Positions 1 through 10,557 of a stretch of DNA of 64,000 nt are shown piece by piece (within the stretch, counting starts at the first letter, position 1; each line of letters begins with the position of its first letter). The stretch lies in IMG/VR virus record IMGVR_UViG_2880372215_000004. One strand, written 5' to 3'. The DNA comes from a virus (Duplodnaviria > Heunggongvirae > Uroviricota > Caudoviricetes). The position numbers and the translations under genes were made by a program. The notes under the pieces are model-generated. The model was given only the letters and a program-made list of their open reading frames with translations. It had not been told where the DNA came from and searched no databases.

Positions 1-1236
1 CTATGATAACCGCGCATTCAACATGGCTACCTGTTCGTCGTTCATGTCATCAATCCACATACCGTAAATTTCATACACCATCTGCGCAGTTTCATGCCCC
101 ATTTGGCTGGCTATAAATGCCGGGTTCGCTCCTGCCGTCAACAGCCAGCAGGCAAAAGTATGCCGCGTATGGTACGGATTACGGCGGCGAATACCAGCAC
201 GTTTTACTGCTGCATTCCACCTTGCCCCCAAACTGCTTACCGAGTAATAAGGTTTTTGTTTTCCGTTACACACCCTGGGCATGAAAACAAAATGCAGTTT
301 TTGCTTTTCGGTTCTGCCGTACTCCCGATGATAAAAGGTGATTTCGCTTTTGCGATGATGCCCGGTCAGTTTGTATTGCTCCTTCAGTGCTTCAAGAGCA
401 GGCTGCAGTAGTGTTACCGTCCGGATCCCCGCATTTGTTTTTGGGGGACCGAACATATCCAGTATCGTCAGGTTTCTTCTGACATTCACAACTCCCTTCT
501 CGAAATCCACATCCTCCCACGCCAGAGCAGCCAGTTCCCCGTGACGAAGCCCGGAGTATACGGCAAATTTCCACAAGTTCTGGCTCTGTCCTTTTTCACT
601 TTCCATTAATGCATTGAATTCTGTTTTAGATAACGGGTCAGGCTTTATTCTGTTTCTCTGTAATTTCTTTACTCCTTCAAATGGTTTGGTTGATATAAAT
701 CCCGACTGATACGCAAAACGTAACAACGAACAGAGCAGGGCGATATAGTTATCAACTGTGCGCACGGTTCTTCCTTTTTTGTTGGATCTTGGATTATCCA
801 GGTAAAGCGTTTCTCCATGCAGCAGTTCATTCCGGTAGTTTAAGATATCGCTATAACGAATATGCGATATCGGAGTACTCTCACAAATTATTATCCTGAG
901 TGTTTTTAATTGTGATTTCGTTTTCTTCATTGTGTTTGTTGTTAACTCTGTTTCTTTAATTTTTGTCCAGATATCACAAAGCTCCCCGAACGTTTTTATG
1001 ACCCTCGTTGTCACCATTTTTGCCCCAGTGCTGGACTGGGGAAAACGTCTTAAATACTCAAACTCACCGGAATTGATTTCATGAACTATCAACGCTCTTA
1101 AATTCCCGGCTTTTTTAATGTTACTGTTAGTAACCTCCCAGCCTTTCAATGTTTCCCGACATCGTTTTCCTCGAAACATGAACCAGATGCGAATGTATTT
1201 ACCTCGAATCTCGACACCTGTTGGTAATTTAGACAT
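1..1236 (-). CDS. intR: Rac-type prophage tyrosine integrase, 411 aa, complete
   Basis: ORF track; catalytic C-terminus (RHTFACWLL, GHETAQM, YEIY); gene order int-xis-ydaC-ralR-recT-recE. Confidence 0.9.
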   Translation of the reverse strand: MSKLPTGVEIRGKYIRIWFMFRGKRCRETLKGWEVTNSNIKKAGNLRALIVHEINSGEFEYLRRFPQSSTGAKMVTTRVIKTFGELCDIWTKIKETELTTNTMKKTKSQLKTLRIIICESTPISHIRYSDILNYRNELLHGETLYLDNPRSNKKGRTVRTVDNYIALLCSLLRFAYQSGFISTKPFEGVKKLQRNRIKPDPLSKTEFNALMESEKGQSQNLWKFAVYSGLRHGELAALAWEDVDFEKGVVNVRRNLTILDMFGPPKTNAGIRTVTLLQPALEALKEQYKLTGHHRKSEITFYHREYGRTEKQKLHFVFMPRVCNGKQKPYYSVSSLGARWNAAVKRAGIRRRNPYHTRHTFACWLLTAGANPAFIASQMGHETAQMVYEIYGMWIDDMNDEQVAMLNARLS

Positions 1237-1237
1237 A

Positions 1238-1453
1238 TCATGAGTCTTTGATAAACTGATTTATCTTTGGATAGTTATACCAGATAATCCCTCGCTTACT
1301 GTCTGGCTTCCCTAAAGGAGATACTCGTTTGAAGTGGAAGCCTTCCACCCAACAGTTCTGGCGGTATGCTTCAATTTGTCTGGCCCCCAGACCAGTGCGA
1401 AGCATCAGGCCGTATTCAACCATCCACTCTTCATTAAAGATTACTTGTGCCAT
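1238..1453 (-). CDS. xisR: excisionase-like protein, 71 aa from MAQVIF (ORF track start 1477 is an alternative)
   Basis: ORF 1238..1477; GAGGTG Shine-Dalgarno 6 nt before internal ATG at 1453; directly upstream of int. Confidence 0.75.
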   Translation of the reverse strand: MAQVIFNEEWMVEYGLMLRTGLGARQIEAYRQNCWVEGFHFKRVSPLGKPDSKRGIIWYNYPKINQFIKDS

Positions 1454-1552
1454 CGCATCACCTCTGGCAGGCGCCAATGTTAGACTTAAATTGACGCCCG
1501 ATGTTGATTATTAATAATCAGCTATGAAGTTTTAATTTGAATACAATGCAAT

Positions 1553-1741
1553 TCACGAGGACTGAAGTTTCTCGCAATTAAAATTTATCAGTTTTACTTT
1601 CTGCTCTCTGGAAACGCCTGCTTCTTTTTTACCTGAGAGCATTTTTTCGCATTCTGATTTCGTTAGTTTAGATTTTGAATATCTTGTCCAGTTAGTAGGA
1701 GTGCCACCTTCCTTTTCAATAGTGGCGGTAATTTTATACAT
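1553..1741 (-). CDS. ydaC: Rac prophage YdaC-like small protein; start at MYKITAT (alternatives 1753, 1813)
   Basis: ORF 1553..1813; GGAGGTG precedes the ATG at 1741. Confidence 0.65.
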   Translation of the reverse strand: MYKITATIEKEGGTPTNWTRYSKSKLTKSECEKMLSGKKEAGVSREQKVKLINFNCEKLQSS

Positions 1742-1778
1742 GAACACCTCCATTATTATTTCCAGTGGTTCGTTTATT

Positions 1779-1928
1779 TCATCGTTCGAGTGCTTCTTTT
1801 TCACTTCCACCATAACCGGTTCGGGATTCGCATCCGTTACACTTCGCTCGGTAATATCCTGAAATGGCTTTCACCGTTACTGATGGACAACCACAAAATG
1901 GACATGGTTTAACATTGTCATATCTCAT
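1779..1928 (-). CDS. ralR: restriction-alleviation protein RalR/Lar, truncated: 49 aa then TGA; read-through would give the 64-aa form ending NNNGGVHV at 1734
   Basis: Read from minus strand (MRYDNVKPCPFCGCPSVTVKAISGYYRAKCNGCESRTGYGGSEKEALER-stop); below ORF-track size cutoff. Confidence 0.6.
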   Translation of the reverse strand: MRYDNVKPCPFCGCPSVTVKAISGYYRAKCNGCESRTGYGGSEKEALER

Positions 1929-1983
1929 AATTTTTCTCATAAAAATATTTCAAGTTGGCGGTGCATTACACCGCCAGGCTGAA

Positions 1984-2793
1984 TTATTCCTCTGAATTAT
2001 CGATTACACTGTATTCCCCGGTTAATACAGAGGAATCTGCAGGATCGATTGTCAGTGGTTCCTTTTCATCCATTGATACTGCACGCTGGATCTCAATTGA
2101 TACGGGCAGATATTTGAACAGGCGACGAATAGCCGTTTTCTTTGCCATTTCTTCCCAGTGAGTTACCCACGGCCCGTTATTACCAGCTTTACTCTGGCTG
2201 CGCACCAGCTCAATCTGTTTGCGCGTCATAACTTCAAACTGAGTACCTCCGTCTTTCAGTCTTGCGACAGCATAGACGTGGGTAACAGGGGCATCTTCGT
2301 TTTCTCCTGGGCGGTGTATTAACTTTTCATCAAGGCCAAATTCGAAATTAAACTCGTCACCTTCACGGACAACACGGGCTGACAAGCTGGCGATTTGACC
2401 TGAACGGCGAGCCAGATCAATCATGCCTCGATAGCCAATGATTAGCTGAACGTTTTTTTTACCGCTCTTTTCGTTTTTATTACCAAAAGGCAGTAAATAT
2501 GCATGACCGAGGGCGCTACCGGGCTCAAGTCCGAGCTGTGAACACTGTACGATTGCACTGACAAAACTCATAGTGTCACAGTTTCCTAACGCCGGAACTT
2601 TACGAATTTCTGTGGTGGCGATACGGATCATACGTTCAGCCGTCATATGGCGTGGAAGAGCTGCTGCCAGTTGCTCTTTCATTGATGGCTGGTTAATAAA
2701 ACTAATCACGTCGTTATTTTTAATTGCTGCTGGTGCACGGTTTCCCTGAGTTTTTTGCAGATCGGCTTTTGCGATTGGTGGTTGCTTAGTCAT
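1984..2793 (-). CDS. recT: RecT single-strand annealing recombinase, 269 aa from MTKQPP
   Basis: ORF 1984..2850; sequence recognised as Rac RecT; internal start 8 nt inside recE 3' end. Confidence 0.95.
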   Translation of the reverse strand: MTKQPPIAKADLQKTQGNRAPAAIKNNDVISFINQPSMKEQLAAALPRHMTAERMIRIATTEIRKVPALGNCDTMSFVSAIVQCSQLGLEPGSALGHAYLLPFGNKNEKSGKKNVQLIIGYRGMIDLARRSGQIASLSARVVREGDEFNFEFGLDEKLIHRPGENEDAPVTHVYAVARLKDGGTQFEVMTRKQIELVRSQSKAGNNGPWVTHWEEMAKKTAIRRLFKYLPVSIEIQRAVSMDEKEPLTIDPADSSVLTGEYSVIDNSEE

Positions 2794-5386
2794 TTGCATA
2801 TTCCTTAGCCCAGCGGGGCAGTGATAACGTCTTAATAGCTGGCCATTCATCGGTATTGAGGCAGTCAGCCAGGGTTCGCAGATTGCGGTGATATTCCAGC
2901 TGACCTGCCAGTTTTGCTTCTTCGCCCATCATGAAAATTTCAACCGGATAACGTCCGCATTCAATAGTTGTGCTGGCAACCAGAAAAACGAAAGTTGGCT
3001 GCACTCCAAACTGTGCTTCATAACCGTCACTGTAGAATGCATCCTGAACGTGATAGCGGTAGTCGTAATAAGCGGTTTTGAATCGTTGAATATCCGCCGT
3101 AGTTTTCACGTCCATGATCCAGTGAAATTCAGGGATAATTTTGTCCGGACGGCACCGACACAAAATTGCTGTTTCAGGATCTTCCCAGTAAATTGATGAT
3201 TCAGCGTGTCCGGCGCTTTCAACAAGCCATTGCCCCAGCGGCAAAGCCATAACGCTCTGATACATGAGTTCAATTTTCCGGCCTTCTTCGGCAGTGATAA
3301 CCGTTTTTCCTGTGCTTGCGCATTCCCTCAGAAACGCTTTCTCTTCTTCTTTTCCGGAGTTTGTCCGGCGGTTAAATTCAGGTGCTACGATAAAGCGGTT
3401 ACTGAATTCTTCCGGCTCAAGTACCCGGCAGTGGAAAGCGGTTCCTAAATCGAGCGTTTTTGTCTTTGTGGTGTCCACGGGGGCATTTTTACGCCACAAA
3501 TACAGTGCCGGAGTATCAGCAATGTCATCGAGCTGAGACTTACTGACACCGGGACCCGCGTGGTAATTCTCATTCGAAATTCCGTAATAAATACCTGGCT
3601 CTATGTCTTCTACGATTACGGGATCTGCGACTTCGCCAGTTTCATCACTGCAATCGCGATGCGGATCGCTGCCAGCATTCTCATTGTGCGGATGTTCAGC
3701 GCCTTCCATTTCCTCCGGATCATTTTCCTTAGCTTCAACCTGACTCTCTTCATCGAATGTTTCCTGGTATGTTGCGTCGCCCATCACCGCACCACAGTCA
3801 GGGCAGTTATCCCCGCCAGTCTGGCCGCAGGCATTGCAGGCTATTTCCGGTTCCTGTTGCACTACTGGCTCAGGTTGATTCATATCCGGGCTGGTTTTTT
3901 CCGTTTCTGGCTGGTTCTGGTACACACAATCGCGAGTCTGGATCCCCTTTACCCATTTCGGATCGTTCGGGTCGCTAATTCCGTCAACAAATTCACCACG
4001 TGATGCAGCAAGCAATTTATCGGCATCGACAGGATTTTTTGATGGAATGTTTTTCCGGGCTTCATGGAGTTCTGCCCGCAGTTCCTGATATTTCGCATCA
4101 ACAGAATTTACCTGTGACTGAGCATCCAGCGGCTGCGTGTCCTGATGATGTTCAGTTGCGTCCGGTTCCATTGTTTCAGCCTCTCCCTGTTCAACTGCCG
4201 TTGTTCCAGATGGTTGCGGTTTTTCTTCATCATCCTGTTTTCCTTCTTCTGTTACTCGCTGCGGCATCGGGGCAGAGGAGCGACCGCAGGCAATATCCAC
4301 GATTTCCGGATCAGGGTTGGCATGATCGGTTTCAGTCAGTACTTTGTTCAGATATTCAGTGACGTGCGCGGGGATGACCTCGATCCCAATTGGTGCTTCT
4401 TTTACGGACGCAACCACGATGGCGCGGGAATAATCCAGCCCGCCAGGCATGGTGATGAATTTGTCGCGGAAAACAGAAAAGGGCGGTTTATTTTCAGCGA
4501 TAATTTCCTCAATGCGTTTAGCGTGTGCCGGATGAAGGTTATAGATGTCCAGATCCATTGAACGGGCCAGTACGCCAGTGGCTACGTCGCGCGCCAGTGA
4601 CGTCAGATCGTGTACGAAACCTTCGCCGCGATCGGTGAGGTTTCCGCCGCCAGCATTAGCACCGGAAGCCGTGCGAGTGATGTGTGAAACACGATTACCC
4701 TTCATCCACTCTTTTGTCAGCAGTCCTCGATCGGTGTAGTCAGCGTTCAGGTATGCTTCGAAAAAAGCAGTTATCAGTCCCAGGTTTGAATTACCAGGAT
4801 TAGGGAAAACTTTGTCAGTGTCACGAACCAGTTTGTGGAGTTCGCGAATTTCCAGCGGGTCGAGCAGGCTGGTTTTGTGGGAAACAGCCAGGGCAGTAAC
4901 AGCCGGTAGTTCTTCAGCCCGAGCAATGTGTAATGCCTGGAGTCCGTCGCGTGAAACGTGCGTTACCGGTTTTTCGCTGCCGTGTTGAGCAAGCCAACGA
5001 ATGGGCAGTTCCTGGCCAGAAATTGGGAGTAGCATATTCTCCTCAATCTCAGTCATGTCTTCGCCGTTGACGTTGGTATTGCCTTGATAGTGAGCGTTGT
5101 CTGGTGCTGCTCCCGGTTTTAGTTCCCATGTCATGGAGTCTTTGCTGAGTTGATAGCGTTCACTCCAGGTAAAATCGATCTCACCTTCAGCGGGCAGGTC
5201 ATTAACGACAGGAAAATTCGTGGCAACAGCTTTAAAATAGCTGCTCAGTTTTTTACCTGACTTAACGATCAGGTAGTCCAGAGTGGCACAGGTCGATTCA
5301 AAATCGTTGCTTGCCCACAGGACGACGTCAGGTTCACCGGATGATTTTTTCGCTTTCCGTAACAGGAAGAGTGGTTTTGTGCTCAT
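2786..5386 (-). CDS. recE: RecE exonuclease VIII, 866 aa
   Basis: ORF track; sequence recognised as Rac RecE; overlaps recT start. Confidence 0.95.
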   Translation of the reverse strand: MSTKPLFLLRKAKKSSGEPDVVLWASNDFESTCATLDYLIVKSGKKLSSYFKAVATNFPVVNDLPAEGEIDFTWSERYQLSKDSMTWELKPGAAPDNAHYQGNTNVNGEDMTEIEENMLLPISGQELPIRWLAQHGSEKPVTHVSRDGLQALHIARAEELPAVTALAVSHKTSLLDPLEIRELHKLVRDTDKVFPNPGNSNLGLITAFFEAYLNADYTDRGLLTKEWMKGNRVSHITRTASGANAGGGNLTDRGEGFVHDLTSLARDVATGVLARSMDLDIYNLHPAHAKRIEEIIAENKPPFSVFRDKFITMPGGLDYSRAIVVASVKEAPIGIEVIPAHVTEYLNKVLTETDHANPDPEIVDIACGRSSAPMPQRVTEEGKQDDEEKPQPSGTTAVEQGEAETMEPDATEHHQDTQPLDAQSQVNSVDAKYQELRAELHEARKNIPSKNPVDADKLLAASRGEFVDGISDPNDPKWVKGIQTRDCVYQNQPETEKTSPDMNQPEPVVQQEPEIACNACGQTGGDNCPDCGAVMGDATYQETFDEESQVEAKENDPEEMEGAEHPHNENAGSDPHRDCSDETGEVADPVIVEDIEPGIYYGISNENYHAGPGVSKSQLDDIADTPALYLWRKNAPVDTTKTKTLDLGTAFHCRVLEPEEFSNRFIVAPEFNRRTNSGKEEEKAFLRECASTGKTVITAEEGRKIELMYQSVMALPLGQWLVESAGHAESSIYWEDPETAILCRCRPDKIIPEFHWIMDVKTTADIQRFKTAYYDYRYHVQDAFYSDGYEAQFGVQPTFVFLVASTTIECGRYPVEIFMMGEEAKLAGQLEYHRNLRTLADCLNTDEWPAIKTLSLPRWAKEYAND

Positions 5387-5487
5387 TGTTTTTTAACCTC
5401 AACTCAGATTAAAATTCGTTTTGTTCAGTGAATGATCTTGCCGGATACACACTGTTCATAGCCTGCGCCATACGCAGGCTATTTCTT

Positions 5488-5763
5488 TCAGATTTCACCT
5501 TTTAATTTCATTGCAATTAGAGTTGCCAGAAATTCGGCTTTTTTTTCTGTGGGCAGATTCTTTCCGATATGCACCAGGCACATTTTTTTGACACCTTCAT
5601 CAAGTGTTTTTACGTTGCCTGATGGACCATCGATATCAACCACAGTGAATGGGGTTTCTTTATTTTCTGTTTTAATTACGTAGCCAATGCGCTTTCCTTC
5701 CAGATTCACCTCGTGAACAATGTCATCGGTAGTTACAACAGTGGCTTCATAATTGGTAATCAT
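5488..5763 (-). CDS. racC: RacC-like protein, 91 aa from MITNYEA
   Basis: ORF 5488..5811; recognised sequence; position after recE. Confidence 0.8.
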   Translation of the reverse strand: MITNYEATVVTTDDIVHEVNLEGKRIGYVIKTENKETPFTVVDIDGPSGNVKTLDEGVKKMCLVHIGKNLPTEKKAEFLATLIAMKLKGEI

Positions 5764-5837
5764 GTTTTTCTCCTTAATTAAGGTTGAGCGAATACCTGCC
5801 ATTTCTGGCATAAATTCAGTTTCGAATAGTCAATTAA

Positions 5838-6008
5838 TTAAAGTTCATGTGCCATCTGGTCTTTTTCGGCACAAGCTTCACTGCAATATTTTCTCGGTTC
5901 GTCTTTTGATAAAATCCCGTGCATGAAGTGAAGCATTCTTTCAATAGCTTTGCTTTCTTCAACGTCTTTTTTGCAAAGGTGGTAAGCACATTTTATTTTC
6001 TTAGTCAT
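5838..6008 (-). CDS. ydaE: YdaE-like Cys-rich small protein, 56 aa
   Basis: Translated by hand from minus strand ([14 protein letters not shown]...CSEACAEKDQMAHEL); ATGA overlap with kilR stop; below ORF-track cutoff. Confidence 0.75.
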   Translation of the reverse strand: MTKKIKCAYHLCKKDVEESKAIERMLHFMHGILSKDEPRKYCSEACAEKDQMAHEL

Positions 6009-6229
6009 CACCATGACTCCGCCTTTACAGGTAAACCATCACGACCGAGGAAGACTTTAATCATGCGGTCAGTAATGCATGTTTTTGTGGTCAGGTTACG
6101 AATATATAGTTTTCGCTTTTTAATATTGTTTGCCGAGGCAATATATGTCCGGCCTTCATGAAGAACATAATCGCCAGGAGTCACACACTGACGTGGTATT
6201 TCATCAGTTCCGAAGTGATGTGCAATCAT
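6008..6229 (-). CDS. kilR: KilR cell-division inhibitor, 73 aa from MIAHHF
   Basis: ORF 6008..6241; recognised sequence. Confidence 0.8.
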   Translation of the reverse strand: MIAHHFGTDEIPRQCVTPGDYVLHEGRTYIASANNIKKRKLYIRNLTTKTCITDRMIKVFLGRDGLPVKAESW

Positions 6230-6670
6230 AATTATCTCCATTTTTACAAATGAACTTTGTTGATGCGGTGCCTGGTGCCTCCAGGTGACTGCAACCAGTT
6301 AACAATTACAGTCGGCTTTCCCACCCAAACCAATAAGGACTAACATGACTTTTAACTGTGCCACGTGCGCTTAGCCGCATTCACCGCATCACAAAATTCA
6401 CTTTAAAAAGGGCGGACATCAGCCGAACTTCAAGAAAAAAACTGATGCCGCCAGGACTACACACAGCAATGTCGTTATTTACAACCGGAGGCGCACTCCC
6501 ACCATTTAAATTTAACAGACAAGACCGACTCTTTATGGATATCGGAAATGCGCCTTCGTGTTGTGCCCGGTTTTATTTCACCACCTCCGGGCTTCGGTGG
6601 TCTCGGCTATACCCCTACAGCGAGAGCTTGTGTTAACATTTCAATACCCTTACAGTTGAGAGTTATTGAT

Positions 6671-7159
6671 ATGTTGGATGTATTTACTCCATTGTTGAAA
6701 CTTTTTGCTAACGAGCCACTCGAAAGACTTATGTATACGATTATCATTTTTGGTCTCACTCTCTGGCTGATACCGAAAGAGTTTACTGTCGCATTCAATG
6801 CTTATACTGAAATACCTTGGCTCTTTCAGATTATCGTTTTTGCCTTTTCTTTCGTGGTCGCCATTTCCTTCTCAAGATTGCGAGCACATATTCAAAAGCA
6901 TTATTCATTACTACCAGAGCAACGAGTATTGCTTCGTTTATCTGAGAAAGAAATCGCTGTATTTAAAGATTTCCTTAAAACAGGAAATCTTATTATCACT
7001 TCTCCTTGCCGTAACCCGGTTATGAAAAAATTAGAACGGAAGGGCATCATTCAACATCAGAGTGATAGCGCAAACTGTTCTTATTATCTCGTCACCGAAA
7101 AATACTCCCATTTTATGAAGTTATTCTGGAACAGCAGGAGTAGACGTTTTAATCGTTAG
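6671..7159 (+). CDS. sieB: superinfection exclusion protein SieB-like, 162 aa from MLDVFTP; hydrophobic N-terminus
   Basis: ORF 6548..7159; internal ATG at 6671. Confidence 0.8.
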   Translation: MLDVFTPLLKLFANEPLERLMYTIIIFGLTLWLIPKEFTVAFNAYTEIPWLFQIIVFAFSFVVAISFSRLRAHIQKHYSLLPEQRVLLRLSEKEIAVFKDFLKTGNLIITSPCRNPVMKKLERKGIIQHQSDSANCSYYLVTEKYSHFMKLFWNSRSRRFNR

Positions 7160-7311
7160 CTTACTGTGTGCTTCTCCAACCATCGGCGCGCACCAGTTTC
7201 GGTTTTAAATGTTTTGCTTTTGGTATACGTCATGGCAGTGAACGTTCCATCCTGGTTGGGGAACACGCCGCACACCAGGGATTCGTTGTTGCCGAGGTCG
7301 ATTTTTTGCAT
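7156..7311 (-). CDS. ydaF: YdaF-like small protein, 51 aa
   Basis: Hand translation of minus strand (MQKIDLGNNESLVCGVFPNQDGTFTAMTYTKSKTFKTETGARRWLEKHTVS); stop overlaps sieB stop. Confidence 0.75.
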   Translation of the reverse strand: MQKIDLGNNESLVCGVFPNQDGTFTAMTYTKSKTFKTETGARRWLEKHTVS

Positions 7312-7321
7312 TTTGCGAATC

Positions 7322-7456
7322 TCACATCTTGTTGCTACGTATAGCGACTTCTGCCTGCCAGAGATCCCAGTCGTTGCTGCGTAAAGCCTGCACAGCCTGG
7401 TTGTAAGTGATACCGCAACAATCCATCAAATACTGAACTACTTCGTAATGCACCAT
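7322..7456 (-). CDS. ydaG: YdaG-like small protein, 44 aa
   Basis: Hand translation of minus strand (MVHYEVVQYLMDCCGITYNQAVQALRSNDWDLWQAEVAIRSNKM). Confidence 0.75.
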   Translation of the reverse strand: MVHYEVVQYLMDCCGITYNQAVQALRSNDWDLWQAEVAIRSNKM

Positions 7457-7743
7457 CTTATCTATCCCCTTAACGCCGGGTGGCGGAACTAACTGCTGCA
7501 CTGCAAAATTTGAATCCCGCCGTCATGTTCATACGCCTCGGGCTGGCTACTTAACCCCTGACCACTGCCTGGTAACTCGAAGTATTGCCCGGCGTTCTGT
7601 GGGGCGGGGTGGGTTGGTAGGTATATAATGTACTTTGTGTTCATCATTGTAAAGTACTTTAAGTACATTTTATGTATAAAAAAATGAGACGGGATAAAGT
7701 GAAGCACAAACCCGGAGGGGGACGCTACCGGATTTATGCTGGT

Positions 7744-8163
7744 TTAAGAGGCTTTTTGTTTTTTCTTTCGTGCTAACTCTTCGTAAATTGCATTGTACTT
7801 CTGTTTTTTCTCCTCAAGAGTTTTTAAAAGTTCATCTGTCTCACTGTCAGGGAGCTCGTCCAGAAGGTCAATGATGATTTTTTGTCTTGGATTTAACTCC
7901 TGATAGAAACGTATCTGTCCACTTTCTTCTGTATCCTCTCCCAAAAGATAGGTTGGTGTTGTTCCAATGAGTGTTGCTAATTCCCTTAATTTCTCTCGGC
8001 GAGGAATTGTTTCACCATTAAACCATTTGCTAACCGCTTTTGGTGTTAATTTCATTCGACGGGCAATTTCTGCCTGCCTTCCATGTTGTTCATAACCAGC
8101 GTTTTCACAGGCTAGCGCAAGCCTACTGGCGAACTCTTTACGCGCTTTATCTTCATGAACCAT
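7744..8163 (-). CDS. racR: prophage repressor RacR-like, 139 aa as listed (a longer non-ATG start is possible)
   Basis: ORF track; divergent from cro-like ydaS across a 79-bp control region. Confidence 0.75.
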   Translation of the reverse strand: MVHEDKARKEFASRLALACENAGYEQHGRQAEIARRMKLTPKAVSKWFNGETIPRREKLRELATLIGTTPTYLLGEDTEESGQIRFYQELNPRQKIIIDLLDELPDSETDELLKTLEEKKQKYNAIYEELARKKKQKAS

Positions 8164-8242
8164 AAGTTCAATGATATTCGCTCTTGAATGTACTGTCAGT
8201 TCTGTTATAGCATGTACTCAAAGTTCACATTGTGAGGGTGAT

Positions 8243-8497
8243 ATGAACCAGAAAACACTTGAAGATGTAATCAAAACTGTTCGCGTTTCTGTTGTGGCCG
8301 ACGTTTGTGGTGTCAGCCAAAGAGCAATCTACAAATGGATGGATAACGGTAAATTGCCTCGCACAGAATATACCGGCGAAACAAATTACGCTGAAAAAAT
8401 CGCTCATGCATCAAACGGATTATTTTCTGCCGATGCAATTTTAACTATTGGCAGAAATAAAACTACTACGAAAAAGCTGATGGGAGTTGATTCATGA
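8243..8497 (+). CDS. ydaS: Cro-like HTH protein YdaS, 84 aa from MNQKTLEDV
   Basis: ORF 8171..8497; internal ATG 8243; divergent from racR. Confidence 0.75.
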   Translation: MNQKTLEDVIKTVRVSVVADVCGVSQRAIYKWMDNGKLPRTEYTGETNYAEKIAHASNGLFSADAILTIGRNKTTTKKLMGVDS

Positions 8498-8916
8498 AAA
8501 TCAAGCATGAGCACATCGAATCAGTGTTGTTAGCCCTGGCAGCCGAAAAAGGGCAGGCGTGGGTCGCTAACGCAATTACTGAAGAATATCTGCGCCAGGG
8601 GGGCGGCGAATTGCCCCTGGTACCAGGCAAGGACTGGAACAATCAGCAGAATATCTATCATCGTTGGTTGAAAGGTGAAACGAATGCGCAAAGGGAAAAA
8701 ATTCAGAAACTGATCCCTGCGGTTCTGGCAATTCTTCCTCGCGAGCTGCGTCACCGACTCTGCATCTTCGATACCCTGGAACGCCGTGCATTACTGGCGG
8801 CACAGGATGCACTGAGTACGGCAATTGATGCGCATGATGATGCAGTCCAGGCCGTTTACCGTAAAGCACATTTCAGCGGCGGCGGTTCTCCTAGCGATTC
8901 TGTCGTAGTGCATTGA
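8494..8916 (+). CDS. ydaT: YdaT-like protein, 140 aa
   Basis: ORF track; start overlaps ydaS stop. Confidence 0.8.
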   Translation: MKIKHEHIESVLLALAAEKGQAWVANAITEEYLRQGGGELPLVPGKDWNNQQNIYHRWLKGETNAQREKIQKLIPAVLAILPRELRHRLCIFDTLERRALLAAQDALSTAIDAHDDAVQAVYRKAHFSGGGSPSDSVVVH

Positions 8917-8961
8917 TTGAAATTAATCGTACCGAACTGTTTTGTTCGGTATCAGTTAAAT

Positions 8962-9403
8962 GTAACGCTGCGAGCGTTACAAGGTGAAAACAAATGGCTT
9001 CAAACTGGATAAAGCTCGAAGTTATTACGCCGGATAAGCCGGAAATATTCAGGCTTGCTGAGATTCTGAATATTGATCCAGATGCCGCATTAGGGAAAGT
9101 CATTCGCTTCTGGGCATGGGCGGATCAACAAATGATAGACGGTAACGCAGAGTGTAACGCTCGCGGCGTTACAAAAAGTGCAATAGATCGCATCACTTTT
9201 ATGGCTGGTTTTGCTGATGCGTTAATTCAGGTTGGATGGCTGGTCGAAACTAATGGTGTGTTGTCGCTTCCTAACTTTGAGCGCCATAACGGGAAAAGCT
9301 CTAAAAAACGGGCGGTTACAAACGAGAGAGTAACAAAAATACGAGAACTGAAACGAAAAGGTAACGCTGCCAGCGTTACAAAAACGGATCAAAAAGCGTT
9401 ACC
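8962..9403. repeat. palindromic iteron-like sites GTAACGCT-N-AGCGTTAC (8962-8980, 9154-9172, 9361-9379) plus half-sites at 9313 and 9396
   Basis: Read directly in sequence; one site upstream of ydaU, the others inside it. Confidence 0.6.
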
Positions 9404-9782
9404 AGAGGAAGAGAAAGAGGAAGATATAAATACTTATCTCCCCCTAAATCCCCCTCGCCAAAAACGAGCGTCTAAAAAATTCGAACCGGAGGCTATCGAG
9501 CTGCCTGACTGGTTGCCGGAAACACTCTGGCATGAGTGGGTTCAGTTCAGGCAGGCATTGCGAAAACCGATTCGAACGGAGCAGGGCGCTAACGGGGCGA
9601 TACGGGAGCTGGAAAAATTCCGCCAGCAGGGTTTTTCACCTGAGCAGGTGATTCGACACAGCATCGCCAATGAATACCAGGGCTTGTTCGCGCCGAAAGG
9701 TGTTCGGCCAGAGACGTTGCTCCGACAGATTAACACCGTCTCGTTTCCGGACAGTGCGATCCCGCCAGGCTTCAGGGGGTAA
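8994..9782 (+). CDS. ydaU: replication-initiation-like protein YdaU, 262 aa
   Basis: ORF track; AAGGTGA Shine-Dalgarno; iterons inside gene; followed by DnaC-like ydaV. Confidence 0.75.
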   Translation: MASNWIKLEVITPDKPEIFRLAEILNIDPDAALGKVIRFWAWADQQMIDGNAECNARGVTKSAIDRITFMAGFADALIQVGWLVETNGVLSLPNFERHNGKSSKKRAVTNERVTKIRELKRKGNAASVTKTDQKALPEEEKEEDINTYLPLNPPRQKRASKKFEPEAIELPDWLPETLWHEWVQFRQALRKPIRTEQGANGAIRELEKFRQQGFSPEQVIRHSIANEYQGLFAPKGVRPETLLRQINTVSFPDSAIPPGFRG

Positions 9783-9788
9783 CAGACC

Positions 9789-10535
9789 ATGAAAAATATT
9801 GCGACAGGCGGCGTTCTGGAACGTATCCGCAGACTGGCCCCGCCACATGTAACCGCGCCATTCAGGACGGTGGCGGAGTGGCGCGAGTGGCAACTTGCAG
9901 AAGGCCAGAAACGTTGTGAGGAGATCAACCGTCAGAATCGTCAGTTGCGGGTGGAAAAAATCCTGAATCGCTCCGGCATACAGCCGTTGCACCGCAAATG
10001 CTCGTTTGCGAATTACCAGGTGCAGAACGACGGCCAGCGATACGCGTTGAGTCAGGCGAAATCTATCGCTGACGAACTGGTTACCGGATGCACAAATTTC
10101 GCGTTCAGCGGAAAACCTGGTACCGGAAAAAACCATCTGGCGGCGGCTATCGGGAATCGCCTGCTGAAAGATGGCCAGACAGTGATTGTGGTTACCGTGG
10201 CTGATGTTATGAGCGCCCTGCACGCCAGCTATGACGACGGGCAGTCAGGCGAAAAATTTTTGCGGGAACTGTGCGAAGTTGATCTGCTGGTTCTTGATGA
10301 AATTGGTATTCAGCGCGAGACGAAAAACGAGCAGGTGGTACTGCACCAGATTGTTGATCGCCGGACAGCGTCAATGCGCAGCGTGGGGATGCTGACAAAC
10401 CTGAACTATGAGGCCATGAAAACATTGCTCGGCGAGCGGATTATGGATCGCATGACCATGAACGGCGGGCGCTGGGTGAATTTTAACTGGGAGAGCTGGC
10501 GCCCGAATGTTGGTCAGCCAGGTATTGAGAAGTAA
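9789..10535 (+). CDS. ydaV: DnaC-like helicase loader YdaV, 248 aa, Walker [12 protein letters not shown]
   Basis: ORF track; P-loop and DnaC-like layout. Confidence 0.85.
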   Translation: MKNIATGGVLERIRRLAPPHVTAPFRTVAEWREWQLAEGQKRCEEINRQNRQLRVEKILNRSGIQPLHRKCSFANYQVQNDGQRYALSQAKSIADELVTGCTNFAFSGKPGTGKNHLAAAIGNRLLKDGQTVIVVTVADVMSALHASYDDGQSGEKFLRELCEVDLLVLDEIGIQRETKNEQVVLHQIVDRRTASMRSVGMLTNLNYEAMKTLLGERIMDRMTMNGGRWVNFNWESWRPNVGQPGIEK

Positions 10536-10557
10536 TTTTTACCGGGAGGAAATTTTA

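Noticed and set aside
5919-6161. 80-aa plus-strand ORF
   Set aside because: Overlaps ydaE and kilR on the opposite strand; hydrophobic junk composition.
7166-7384. 72-aa plus-strand ORF (and its twin 60995..61195)
   Set aside because: Antisense mirrors of the ydaF/ydaG small genes.
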